64,000 nt of DNA from a bacterium (GTDB taxonomy: Bacteria > UBA8248): NCBI GenBank assembly GCA_965221165.1, contig CBDCRP010000003.1:1856001-1920000 (forward strand), read 5' to 3'. A program made the translations under genes and the position numbers. Positions 25,454 to 35,338 of the stretch are shown in pieces. Under the pieces are notes generated by a model. The model did no database searches and was not told where the DNA came from. It saw only the letters and a program-made list of their open reading frames with translations. Numbering within the stretch: the first letter of the stretch is position 1; every line of letters starts with the position of its first letter.

Positions 25454-26269
25454 TTATTCCGCTCTTCGGTGTTTGGAGAGAAAATCAAGAATCAGGCGAC
25501 GCGCGGTATCGTCCCGCGAGAGGTTGTGCTTCCGGCCCTCGAACAGATGGAATTCCATCTTCACGCCCCGCTTTCGGGTCTTGCGCAGACATTGATCGGC
25601 GGGCCTGTTCCGCCGCCAGGGGTCGTCCTCCGAGTACAGCGCGAGCACGGGCGTCCCGCGTGGCGAGCGAACGCCGCGCCAGCATACGGAGCCTGCGATG
25701 ACGTGGGCGGCAAACTCATCCCCCTCATAGGCGGCGACCGCGGTGCCGCCCTGGCTATGTCCCACCAGGAACAGGTTTTTCCGGTCCACCCAAGGGATGC
25801 GCCGAACCCGATAAGCCGCGTGATGAATTTCCTCTTGCCGCATCCGGTTCACCCGCCTGTGAGGCGCTCCTTTTATGCCCCGGTGCCGGGAGGGATTGCA
25901 GGTCTCGGGCCGATAGCGGCGGGCGAAGCTGTCGGGAGCGATTACGGCGTATCCCGCCCGCGCGAGCACTCGCATGTAGCGCAAATTCCCGCGACCAAGC
26001 CCCGCGCAGCCGTGCGCGAAAACGACGGTGGCGCGTTTTTTCTTGAGTCCCGCAAGTTTTCCCTGAACGAATTTATCGCTCATCCTGCCTTCGATGAACG
26101 CATCGCCTATCCGAATCATGAAATAGGCGGAATCGAAGGTGCGTCTTGCTTCATCGTACAAATCGAGGGTTTTGGGGTTCAGTCTTTCGAGCGCTTCAGC
26201 GCCGAAGTGTCCATTTCCCCCAAAAAGAAGAAAACAAACCATCGCCAGGATGAAACCAGAATGCCGCAT
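25454..26269 (-). CDS. Exported dienelactone-hydrolase-like alpha/beta hydrolase
   Basis: Signal peptide, HGCAG, GYAVIAPDSF, GHSQGG. Confidence 0.75.
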   Translation of the reverse strand: MRHSGFILAMVCFLLFGGNGHFGAEALERLNPKTLDLYDEARRTFDSAYFMIRIGDAFIEGRMSDKFVQGKLAGLKKKRATVVFAHGCAGLGRGNLRYMRVLARAGYAVIAPDSFARRYRPETCNPSRHRGIKGAPHRRVNRMRQEEIHHAAYRVRRIPWVDRKNLFLVGHSQGGTAVAAYEGDEFAAHVIAGSVCWRGVRSPRGTPVLALYSEDDPWRRNRPADQCLRKTRKRGVKMEFHLFEGRKHNLSRDDTARRLILDFLSKHRRAE

Positions 26270-26306
26270 TGCTGAAAAACCGCAGACTTCGCTCACTATG
26301 AACCCC

Positions 26307-27539
26307 CTAGACGACGCCCTCATCTTCGAGTTCCTTTAGCTCCGCATCCGACACTCCGAGCAGACCGCCGAGGATTTCCCCGTTGTGCTGGCCCACGAGC
26401 GGTGCGGGGGAGGCGTAGCCGCCTTTGATTTCACTGAACTTGAGAGGAAAACCCGGCGCCTTCGCGCTGGTGAGCGCTCCGAGCGTGGGGTGTTCGATAT
26501 CGACTATCATCCCGCGCTCTTGCATGTGGGGCCAGGAGAGGATGTCGTCGATATTGTTCACCGGCCCGCAGATGACGTCGTGCGCGCGCAGGGAGGAGAC
26601 CGCCTCTTTCGTCTCACGCCGCTTCGTCCAGTCGGTGATGAGGCCGTCGACCTCCTGGTGTTTGCTCACGCGCCGGCTCATGTCCTCGTATCGCTCATCG
26701 TTGATGAGTTCGGCACGCTCGATGCCGCGCAATATGTTGTGCCAGTGCGCGTTGGTTCCCGAGGCGATGATGACCCAGCCGTCTTTCGTCTCATAGGCGT
26801 TGAAGGGAGCGAGCCGCATGATGCGGTTGCCGATACGGGGTGGAAGCCCGAGCCGTTCGTAGCAATCCATCGGCTCATCGAAGATTAAGGAAAAGATGCA
26901 GTCGATCATCGAAATGTCGACCTGCTGGCCCTTGCCCGTCCGCTCGCGGTGAAAGAGCGCCGTCATGATGGCGCCGAAGGCGAACGTGCCGCCCACGCTG
27001 TCACCCAGGGCGGAACCCGCCTTGGTGGGCGGGCCGTCGGGAAATCCCGTCAGGTTCATCAGACCAGACGCAGCCTGGGAAACGGCGTCGTAGCCCTTGA
27101 GCCCCGCATCCGGCCCCGTCTGCCCGTAGCCCGTGATGGAGCAGTAGACCAGGGAAGGCTTGCGTGTATGAAGCGTCTCGTAGTCGATCTTGAGCCTTTT
27201 GGTGACGCCGACGGAGAAATTCTCCACTAGGATATCGGAGCGATCGACGAGTCCATAGAACATCTCGAGACCCCGGGGGTCCTTGATGTTGAGGGTAATC
27301 GCTTTTTTCGCGCGCGTGCGCTTCAGGTAGGCCATCCCTATGTCCTCATCCGTCTGGGGATGATAGGAGACGCCTTTTGCGCCGATATAGGGAGGGGAGT
27401 AGGCCACCGGATCGCCCGTGGCCGGATTATCGATGCGGATGACCTCGGCCCCCAGACCCGCCAGGAAAAGCGTGGCTTGGGGACCCGAGAGAAACTGTGT
27501 GAGATCCAGGACGCGAATGCCTTCGAGTGGCTTTGTCAT
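26307..27539 (-). CDS. CaiB/BaiF family III CoA-transferase
   Basis: PLEGIRVLDLTQFLSGP, DILVENF, CSITGYGQTGP, GYD, APLVGQHN. Confidence 0.93.
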   Translation of the reverse strand: MTKPLEGIRVLDLTQFLSGPQATLFLAGLGAEVIRIDNPATGDPVAYSPPYIGAKGVSYHPQTDEDIGMAYLKRTRAKKAITLNIKDPRGLEMFYGLVDRSDILVENFSVGVTKRLKIDYETLHTRKPSLVYCSITGYGQTGPDAGLKGYDAVSQAASGLMNLTGFPDGPPTKAGSALGDSVGGTFAFGAIMTALFHRERTGKGQQVDISMIDCIFSLIFDEPMDCYERLGLPPRIGNRIMRLAPFNAYETKDGWVIIASGTNAHWHNILRGIERAELINDERYEDMSRRVSKHQEVDGLITDWTKRRETKEAVSSLRAHDVICGPVNNIDDILSWPHMQERGMIVDIEHPTLGALTSAKAPGFPLKFSEIKGGYASPAPLVGQHNGEILGGLLGVSDAELKELEDEGVV

Positions 27540-27551
27540 GAATAAACGGAA

Positions 27552-28094
27552 CTACCCGCCGAGGAGAACCTTCACCGCCTGGAGAGCAGCATCGCTCGCG
27601 CGCGCGGAGATTTCATCATCCGAAAGCGTGCTCAGGGGGTGTTGAATGACCACGGGGTCCAAGCCGTCCATGCCCAAGGCCGCCCTTTGCACGTGGGCCT
27701 CATGCAGAAAAACCTCCGTCACCACCACGGCGGTGGGCACGCCCTTTTGCTCCAGGGAGATCGCATCGTGCATACAGCACGAAGTGCAGGAGCCTCAGTC
27801 GCCAATCGCCGTCAGGACGACGTCGTTCTCCTCTGCGATTTGCGTGATCAGCTCGGGCGCCGCGTTCTTGGAAAAACTCTCTTTCTTATAGTAGTGCACT
27901 TCGGAAAAGGGGCCTTCCGCCTCCATCAGCGCCGTGGTCTTCTCGAGCAGCCTGCGCCCGTTCCACTTGGTGTTGTCCAGTATCCCGAGCTTTAAGCCCT
28001 TCAAATTCGGGACGCGCTGCGCGGTGGGTTGCGCCTCGGCCTCGACCACCCCACGGGGGTCGTAGACGATCTGGCCGGTGATGACGTCGCTCAT
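27552..28094 (-). CDS. UGSC-family selenoprotein (UGA at 27795-27797)
   Basis: In-frame readthrough gives LTAIGD-U-GSCTSCCMHDAISLEQKGVPT; hairpin follows the UGA. Confidence 0.88.
27763..27787 (-). promoter_or_regulatory. Putative bacterial SECIS hairpin
   Basis: mRNA GCA-(CU)-UCGUGC-UGUAU-GCACGA-UGC; loop G 20 nt after UGA. Confidence 0.65.
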
Positions 28095-28120
28095 GGTTTC
28101 CTCCTATTCTCTCTCAAACT

Positions 28121-29215
28121 CTAAAGCAGACAGGTGCCGTCCACGCAGACGGGGCCGCCCTCGAGCGCCTTGCCGTCAATCGCCCGCAGCACCGGGTTCG
28201 TCATGTGGCCCCAGCCGGGAATGAAGGCGGAAAAACGGCCCGCATCCCCCCCCGCCACGAACAGGTGGATGTTCTCGGGACCCGGCACGATGGGGATTCT
28301 CTCGTCCGGCTCGCGCCTGTACCACCTGGGGATGTTGCGGTTATAGATTTTTCCGTAGCGGTGGTTGAACGAAATATCGGCGAACGTGTTTCTCGTGTGC
28401 ATCCACAAATAGCTCTTCACGTCGTTTCGCGTCCAGTTCTTGGCGCTTATGGTCGCCCCATGCTCGGGGCTGATGACGACGGCGCACGAACCGCTGCTCA
28501 CCGAATTGTTGTGCGCAATCGTGCTCATCGCCGAGCAAATGCTGTCGAGTATCCCCTCGGGATCGTCTGAGATATGGTTCGTCACGCTGTGGGGCGCCTC
28601 GGCCGCGATGGCGAAGACCGTGGAATCCTCGGGCGCGTAGCCTTGTTCCACGTGATAGGGCGCCCAGGGGCTCGCCTCTTCGTTCTCCGCGATGCAGTAG
28701 GTGTATTTCGTGGGACAGCCCAGCGTGCTCTTGTCGAGGTCGCCCGGCCACGCGCCGCCCACGTTCAGGAGCATCATCCGCACGGCGCGGCCTATCGTCG
28801 CGTTCGCGCGGTTGCCCGAGCCGAACACGTTGCAGCCCGCGTTCATGCCTATTTCGCCGCGAACCGGCCCGTTCACCACGATGAGCGGACACGCCATGTG
28901 GGTGGTGGCCTGCACGCCGTTCAGGTTGAAATGGGGGTCGCAAAGCGCGAGCATCGCCGCGCGGACGACGGGCGCGTATTCCGTCTTGCAACCCGCCATT
29001 ACCATGTTGATCGCCAGAACCTCTCTCGTGAGGTTGCCCCAGCGCGGGGGCACGCGGCACTCGATGAGGTCCTCCTCTCCCCCCAGGGCCGCGACGGCGG
29101 CGTCTATCTTCTCGGGCGTGGGCGGAACCACGGGAAGTCCGTCCGAGAAGCCCTGCTCGTAATAGTGCTCCACCAAATCGACTTCATGGTCTACTGTCCG
29201 GGTCGTCTGCGTCAT
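28121..29215 (-). CDS. Conserved UGSC-associated protein (DGLPVVPPT family)
   Basis: GFSDGLPVVPPT, LAINMVMAGC, QATTH, NRANATIGRA, AENEEASPW; C-terminal CVDGTC. Confidence 0.75.
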   Translation of the reverse strand: MTQTTRTVDHEVDLVEHYYEQGFSDGLPVVPPTPEKIDAAVAALGGEEDLIECRVPPRWGNLTREVLAINMVMAGCKTEYAPVVRAAMLALCDPHFNLNGVQATTHMACPLIVVNGPVRGEIGMNAGCNVFGSGNRANATIGRAVRMMLLNVGGAWPGDLDKSTLGCPTKYTYCIAENEEASPWAPYHVEQGYAPEDSTVFAIAAEAPHSVTNHISDDPEGILDSICSAMSTIAHNNSVSSGSCAVVISPEHGATISAKNWTRNDVKSYLWMHTRNTFADISFNHRYGKIYNRNIPRWYRREPDERIPIVPGPENIHLFVAGGDAGRFSAFIPGWGHMTNPVLRAIDGKALEGGPVCVDGTCLL

Positions 29216-29336
29216 GCTGTATCACTCCTGCTCGTTCATCCCGTAAGAAATCCATCATAAACCGAATCCCGCAAAAGAAAAAGACGTAAGCTGGGGTGGG
29301 AGATGGAGTCAAAACGTTTTTAAAATCGCGTTTTCC

Positions 29337-30035
29337 CTAAGAGTCCGGAAAGAGCGTTTCCGCGTCTTTGAGCGCGCCTTCGGCCTGCTCGGGCGTCAGC
29401 CCCTTCACACCCGAAAGATCGACGCCCCGGATGTCGGCGAGTTCCATGTCGGCATCGTAGATGTGCGCACCCGTGAGCTTCGCTCCTGCGAGTTTCGCCC
29501 GCTGAAGCGAGGCTCCCCTTAGGTCGGCACCCGTAAGATCGGCATTCGTTAAATCCGCGAATTTCAAGGCCGCCGACATCATGTTCGCCCCGGCCATCCG
29601 GGCGCCGTTGAGATTCGCCCCCTCGAGGCTGGACTGGAACAGATCTGCCCCCTCGAGGCGGGCGTTCGATAGGTCCGCCTCGTCCAGGTTCGCCCACTGC
29701 GCGTTGGCGCGGGCGAGATGCGCTCCCTGCAAATTCGCCTTGGAGAGATTCACCATGAAAAAGCTGATGGCTTCAAGACGCGCGCCCGCGAAGTCGGCGC
29801 GTTCCCCGCGCGCGCCGGAACTCTGGAGCCATTTACTATGGGCTTCGATTTTTTCGGCGAAAAGGGCTTCCTGCTCCGCCTGGTCCGGCGCCATGGGCAG
29901 GCCGAAGCCGCCTCCCGACCGGGGCGCTCCACCTCCGGATGAAGGGTCGTTCTTTTTCGCGAACCAGCCGAAAATCTTCTTGAGGATGGCGCACCTCGCT
30001 TTCTGAGTCCCAGTGCCGTCCGGCTTCATGACCAA
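29337..30035 (-). CDS. Pentapeptide repeat protein
   Basis: Tandem A(D/N)LxG repeats (ANLQG AHLAR...ADLSN ARLEG ADLFQ); start uncertain. Confidence 0.85.
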   Translation of the reverse strand: MVMKPDGTGTQKARCAILKKIFGWFAKKNDPSSGGGAPRSGGGFGLPMAPDQAEQEALFAEKIEAHSKWLQSSGARGERADFAGARLEAISFFMVNLSKANLQGAHLARANAQWANLDEADLSNARLEGADLFQSSLEGANLNGARMAGANMMSAALKFADLTNADLTGADLRGASLQRAKLAGAKLTGAHIYDADMELADIRGVDLSGVKGLTPEQAEGALKDAETLFPDS

Positions 30036-30164
30036 AGGGGATGAAACCGATTTGTTCTTGCCTTAAGCCCAATCCTTTTGTCAAACCGGCGGCGAATTCG
30101 GTCGACCCTTGAAAGATCAGCCAGGCGGCTCATCCGCCCCAAATGCGGGGTGCGGTATGATTCC

Positions 30165-30968
30165 CTAACCCGGTGGCAGGGAGGCGAGGAACTCGTGGCA
30201 AATGCGGGCGAATAAATCTGCCCGCTCGATGAGAGCCACGTGGCCCGTGTCCTCCATGATGATGAGCTCGGAACCCTCGATGCGCTCATGGATCTCTTTT
30301 GCGTGATGGGGGTCGACGATCAAGTCGCGATCGGAACACGTGATGAGCGTGGGGACTTTTATCTGGTGAAGCCGCTCGAGGGTATCTCCCTCCAGACAGG
30401 CGCGCAGTTGTCCTTCCCAGCCGAGGTCGACTCCTGATTGTTCGGTGAGCCATCTCCTTTTCTGCTCCATCACGTCGGCGTTCGCATCGTAATATTCATG
30501 GGAATAAAGCCCCAGGAGGCTCAGTTCCACGAGCGCCTCGCGCTCGCCCCGTTCGGCGAGGCGCATGCGGGCGCGCTGAAAAGAACCCAGGCGCGCGCAG
30601 TTTCTCGCCCAGGTGTGGTGAAGACCCAGGCTCACGACGCGCCCGGGGTGACGCAGCGTGAGTTCGGTGGAAATGTGCCCACCCATGGAAAAACCCATCA
30701 CGTGGGCGCGCTCCACTCCCGCCGTATCGAGAACGCCCGCGGCGTCATCCGCCATGTCCGCGAGCGTATATCCCGGAGCGGGCGCCGTGCTTTTGCCCAC
30801 CCCCCGGTTGTCGAAGACGATGCAGCGGTAATCCCCGCTCAACAAGGGCAGTTGCGCCGACCAGAAAGTGTGGTCATGGCCCGTTCCGCTCACCAGCAGA
30901 AGGGGAGGGCCCTCTCCTTGGGTCTCGTAGAAAATCTCCAAGCCTGAGCGCAGCGTCACGAAGGGCAT
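30165..30968 (-). CDS. Alpha/beta hydrolase (enol-lactonase/PcaD-like fold)
   Basis: FDNRGVGKS, GFSMGG, D and GH catalytic positions. Confidence 0.85.
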   Translation of the reverse strand: MPFVTLRSGLEIFYETQGEGPPLLLVSGTGHDHTFWSAQLPLLSGDYRCIVFDNRGVGKSTAPAPGYTLADMADDAAGVLDTAGVERAHVMGFSMGGHISTELTLRHPGRVVSLGLHHTWARNCARLGSFQRARMRLAERGEREALVELSLLGLYSHEYYDANADVMEQKRRWLTEQSGVDLGWEGQLRACLEGDTLERLHQIKVPTLITCSDRDLIVDPHHAKEIHERIEGSELIIMEDTGHVALIERADLFARICHEFLASLPPG

Positions 30969-31010
30969 AGAAGCGTCCTCGAAAGAATACGGGGCAGTCG
31001 GCGCGCGCCC

Positions 31011-31697
31011 TCACATCTTCGGCTCATCCTCGGGTCCCCAGAAAAACGGATCGAGTAGCAAGCCTTCCCGGGGAATCTGCGCGACGGGCGTGAGCCCCTG
31101 TTTCAGCTTGAGCCGATGAATGGTCCGCAAGTGCACGAGCGCCTCCCAGTACATCTGCCGGATCATTCCCGCCAGAGTGTACGTGAATTTCGTCTCATCT
31201 TCCGCGTCTTGTGAGAGTCCCTCGTCGTGATAGGTGGAGACGTGCATCCAGAACCGATAGACGGGCAGATCCGTATCCCCCATCAGCAACTCCGGCTTGA
31301 ATGCGCGGGTGACGGCCAGCGCCTTCAGTTCATCCGCACTCTTTCCCTCGGCGGCGCGCTCGGCGAAGGCGAGCGCATCGTCGAATTTGGGGAGCAAATC
31401 CTCGAGCTTCCAGTATTTCTCCTCATCCAGCCTGCGGTCATATTGATTGGGAGCCGCTTTGGAGAAATCCACCGGGTCTTCGGGCGGGTTTTCCGGCCAG
31501 AGGGTTTTGCCCCACATCTTCACCCACCAGAAAAAATAGGCGAGCGCCACGTGGCTTATCTGCCGCCTGATGCTCCAGCGCGACCACTCCTCGGATGGGT
31601 CTTCCCAGTCGAGCTGGGCGTCGGTAAGCCCCTCCACTTCCTGGTGATACATCGCGCGCAACGCCTGAAAATCGGGAACTCCCTCGCTCACGCCCAT
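31011..31697 (-). CDS. DinB-like family protein
   Basis: GLTDAQLDW...WSIRRQISH...EALVH pattern. Confidence 0.6.
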   Translation of the reverse strand: MGVSEGVPDFQALRAMYHQEVEGLTDAQLDWEDPSEEWSRWSIRRQISHVALAYFFWWVKMWGKTLWPENPPEDPVDFSKAAPNQYDRRLDEEKYWKLEDLLPKFDDALAFAERAAEGKSADELKALAVTRAFKPELLMGDTDLPVYRFWMHVSTYHDEGLSQDAEDETKFTYTLAGMIRQMYWEALVHLRTIHRLKLKQGLTPVAQIPREGLLLDPFFWGPEDEPKM

Positions 31698-31758
31698 CTC
31701 CTCCCGAATAGATGCTCCATCATCATGAAGCCGCCAAGCCGGATCAAATACATCCCGG

Positions 31759-33306
31759 TCATGAAATCCTCAAATCCTCCCCCGTCATCTCCGGCGGAAG
31801 GGAAATCCCCATCAAACCCAGCAGGGTGGGCGCCACGTCGCAAAGCGCGCCGCCTGATCTGAGCGGGCCCTCGAACTCGGGCGCCACGACGACGCAGGGC
31901 GTCTCGTTTAGCGTGTGCGCGGTATGGGGGCAATCGTTTTCCGCATCCCACATCGTCTCGCAATTACCGTGATCCGCCGTAACCACCGCCGCCCCGCCGG
32001 CCCGTTCCAGGGCGTCGAGAACACGGCCGAGGCAAGCGTCCACGAAACCCACCGCCTGAACGGCGGCGCTCTCCACACCCGTGTGTCCCACCATGTCCGG
32101 GTTGGCGTAGTTTAAGACGATGGCGTCCTCATCGCCCCGCTCGATGGCCTCGAGAACCACCCGGGTCACCTCTGCGGCACTCATCTCGGGTTTGAGGTCA
32201 TACGTAGCCACCTTGGGCGAGGGAACCATCCGCCGCCTCTCGCCTTCGGGCGGCTCCTCCTCTCCGCCGTTAAAAAAATACGTGACGTGCGGATATTTCT
32301 CCGTCTCGGCGACTCGCAGGCACGTTCGTCCCGCATCCGCCAAAGCGTGGCAAAACAGGCCTTCCATTCTCAAGGGCGGAAACGCGACGGGTAATCGGAA
32401 ACGCTCGTCATATTCCGTCATGCAGGCGTAATGAACCGAGGGTCTGCCTGAAACGTCGAATCCCTCGAATTGCTCATCCGTGAGTACGCGGGTGAGTTGC
32501 CGCACCCTGTCCGCGCGGAAGTTCATGCATATTACGGCGTCACCATTGCGAATCAATCCTACCGGACGCCCGTTTTCGCCGAGCACCACCGGTTCGATGA
32601 ACTCATCCGTCACGCCACGCGCATAGGAGGCTTCCACGGCCTCGGCGGCGCTTCGGGCGAGCGCGCCTTCTCCCGCCACCATGGCCTGGTAGGCCCGCTC
32701 GTTTCTCCGCCACCTCTCATCGCGGTCCATCGCGTAGTAGCGGCCCATAAGGGTGGCGAGCCTGGCTCCGGCCTCGCGCCTCAAACCCTCCGCATACCGA
32801 CCCACGAAGCCCAGGCCCGAGCGGGGAGGCGTGTCCCTGCCATCCGTAAAGGCGTGCGCGAAGATTCTCTCGATCCCGATTTTTTTCCCTAACCGCGCCA
32901 GCGCCACCCCGTGGTCCTGGAGACTATGCACGCCGCCGTCCGAGACCAGTCCGAGGATGTGCAAGGCGCCGCCTCCCGACCTGGCTTTTTGAATGCACTC
33001 GACGAGCGGGGAAAGTTCAAAAAAATCACCCCTCTCGATGGAGCGGTCGATGCGAACGATGTCCTGATCCACCACCCGGCCCGCGCCGAGGTTCAGATGC
33101 CCCACCTCGGAATTTCCCATTTGCCCGTCGGGAAGTCCCACGGCGCGCCCCGAGGTTACGAGGCGGGTGTGGGGGCGGTGAGCGAGCAGGGCGTCCATGG
33201 TCGGGGCATCGGCCAATGCCACGGCGTTGTGGATGCGCTCGCCGGATATTCCCCATCCATCGAGAACGATGAGCATGACGGGGCGAGGAAGACTCAAGGG
33301 GTTCAC
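31759..33306 (-). CDS. gpmI: 2,3-bisphosphoglycerate-independent phosphoglycerate mutase
   Basis: VLDGWG, GQMGNSEVGH, SDGGVHS, TDGRDT, GRYYAMDRD, AETEKYPHVT, DMVGHTG, TADHGN. Confidence 0.97.
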   Translation of the reverse strand: MNPLSLPRPVMLIVLDGWGISGERIHNAVALADAPTMDALLAHRPHTRLVTSGRAVGLPDGQMGNSEVGHLNLGAGRVVDQDIVRIDRSIERGDFFELSPLVECIQKARSGGGALHILGLVSDGGVHSLQDHGVALARLGKKIGIERIFAHAFTDGRDTPPRSGLGFVGRYAEGLRREAGARLATLMGRYYAMDRDERWRRNERAYQAMVAGEGALARSAAEAVEASYARGVTDEFIEPVVLGENGRPVGLIRNGDAVICMNFRADRVRQLTRVLTDEQFEGFDVSGRPSVHYACMTEYDERFRLPVAFPPLRMEGLFCHALADAGRTCLRVAETEKYPHVTYFFNGGEEEPPEGERRRMVPSPKVATYDLKPEMSAAEVTRVVLEAIERGDEDAIVLNYANPDMVGHTGVESAAVQAVGFVDACLGRVLDALERAGGAAVVTADHGNCETMWDAENDCPHTAHTLNETPCVVVAPEFEGPLRSGGALCDVAPTLLGLMGISLPPEMTGEDLRIS

Positions 33307-33339
33307 ACGACCTTTCCGTAAAAGCGAAGATGCTTCGTC

Positions 33340-34230
33340 TTATCTCGAATCGAAAACGCGGACGAATTGCAGCTTGATTTTATCCCACCGCCAGAATTCT
33401 TCGAACGGAAAGCGATCGACCTGGAGCGCGTTCTTTTCTTCTCCGTCTTTCAGGTTGAAAACCCGCTCCTCGTATTTCCTCACCCCCTTGAGGATAAGGG
33501 TGGCCGGGTTGCCCGGCCCGTTAAAACGAAAACGAACCTTGGCCCGCAGGTCTTCGCTTCTTTGAACGGCTTGGCTTTCCGCATCGTCCAGGTACGCTTT
33601 CGGCCATTTCAACTCCTCTCGCAGGCGCGCGAACCACACGAGTTCGAAGCGGCGCTTCGGGGTGGGCTTGATTACCCGCACGGCGTCCGAGTAATGGCCG
33701 TTCGAACCTTCGCGGACGTTGACGATCAATTCGGATGCTCCATCCGCCGTCAGATCGGCTATCTGGTAGGTGATCTCCCGGCCACGGCTCAAGTCGCTGT
33801 AGGAGGCGAGCGGCCTCCGGGCGCTCTTGTCATCATCCAGCAGGCAAAAGGTGATGTAGTGGTCCTTATCGTGATCCGACTGGATGACCATGAGTGTTTC
33901 GAGGCGCTTGTCCGCGTCCATGTTGAGCGGAATGAAATCCATCGAGAAGGCGTAGTTCTTGAGGTGATCGGAGGAGAGATACCAGGGCCATTCATTTTCC
34001 GGCAACGGGCAATTCGACAGGGCGTTGAGTTGCACGTTCGAATCGGAGGAGAAAAACTTGCGGACCAGCAGCCAGTCCTCGGGCTTCTCCAGTCGCTTGA
34101 GATGGGAGACAAGACGGGAAACGCGTCTTTGCTCGATCGCCTCGGGGGTCTCCGTGGCCGCAAACCCTTCCCCGCTCCAAGCCGAAGCAAGGAACCACAA
34201 AATCAAGGCCATCCCTATGAGGCCTCTCAT
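33340..34230 (-). CDS. Exported hypothetical protein with FG-GAP/VCBS-like Ca-binding motifs
   Basis: Signal peptide; NMDADKRLE and DLTADGASE motifs. Confidence 0.55.
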   Translation of the reverse strand: MRGLIGMALILWFLASAWSGEGFAATETPEAIEQRRVSRLVSHLKRLEKPEDWLLVRKFFSSDSNVQLNALSNCPLPENEWPWYLSSDHLKNYAFSMDFIPLNMDADKRLETLMVIQSDHDKDHYITFCLLDDDKSARRPLASYSDLSRGREITYQIADLTADGASELIVNVREGSNGHYSDAVRVIKPTPKRRFELVWFARLREELKWPKAYLDDAESQAVQRSEDLRAKVRFRFNGPGNPATLILKGVRKYEERVFNLKDGEEKNALQVDRFPFEEFWRWDKIKLQFVRVFDSR

Positions 34231-34305
34231 CGCATGCTCCTTCAAGGGCACCACCCTATGAAGCAATCGCATCGAACTATTTTACAACAAAAATACAAAT
34301 AATGC

Positions 34306-35267
34306 CTAGGGCCGGAGCAATACCTTGATTATGCCCTTTTCGCGGGCTTTTTCAAATGCCTCGGGCGCATCTCGCAAGGCGAAGCGGTCATGAATCATCG
34401 AGGGCAGGCGGAGATCGCCCGAATCGAGCGCCCGAATCGCAGGCGCGAAAGGACCGCAGCGCGAACCCATGAGGGTGATTTCATCCACCACTACCGCCGA
34501 GAGATCCACCGAACTTTTAGAAGCCACCGTGCTCTTGAGCACCAGCACGCCCCTTGGCTTGGTTTTCGAAACGGCGAGGGAGAGTCCATCCGCAGCCCCT
34601 GTGGCCTCGACCACCACGGGCCATCTCTCCCCCTCGGAGCAGAGGGCGTGGGCCGCCTCACTCCAGGTGGGAATCTTACACGGTGTGAGCAGCGCCATTT
34701 TTTCAGGGTGGCGGCCCAGCAAGCCCACCCTCGCTCCGGCGGCGCACAACGCCTGAGCCTGCAAAAGACCGAGCCGCCCGTCCCCGATCACCAAAACCTC
34801 GTGATCCACGATTTCGGGAAACTGCTCCATCACTTCGAAGCAGGCGGCAGGGGCTCGCAGAAAACAGCCGCCTCATCCTCCACGGCGTCGGGAATGAGGT
34901 GCAGGTTCCGATCCGGCAGACAGGTGTATTCCGCAAAGACTCCCGGCCGGTTGAGAATACCGAGAACGCTCCTATCGGGACAATGCCGCTCCATGCCGCA
35001 CGTGCACCAGGCGCAGCTTCCGCATCCGCAATTTATCTCGCCCACGACCCTTCGTCCCAAGAGCGGATGCTTCTCCGGCCCCGCCACCTCGCCCACGAAT
35101 TCGTGGCCCAGCACGCCCCGGAAATTCATATAGCCACGAATGAGTTCCAGGTCGGTGGCGCAAATCCCTGCCAACTGCACCCGGATGAGGGCTTCGCCCT
35201 CAGGAGGCTCGGGAAGCGCCACATCTATCAAAGAGGGACCGTTCTCCTCCAGCACGTACGCAAGCAA
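34306..35267 (-). pseudogene. Zn-dependent alcohol dehydrogenase (MDR), frameshifted near 34848
   Basis: 5' part GICATD, GHEFVG, CGSCAWC; 3' part GDGRLG, GSRCGPF; adding 1 nt restores EPLAACFEVMEQ; could be a sequencing error. Confidence 0.75.
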
Positions 35268-35338
35268 TGGATGCTCTCTTTTTCAGGATTCAGGCCGGTT
35301 GGAGCGGTTCGGTTTTTCTCGCGGCGCAGCGCAGCGAC

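Noticed and set aside
34830-34832. TGA splitting the Zn-dependent dehydrogenase as a fourth Sec codon
   Set aside because: The continuation is in a different frame and the TGA is not at a Cys position; this is a frameshift
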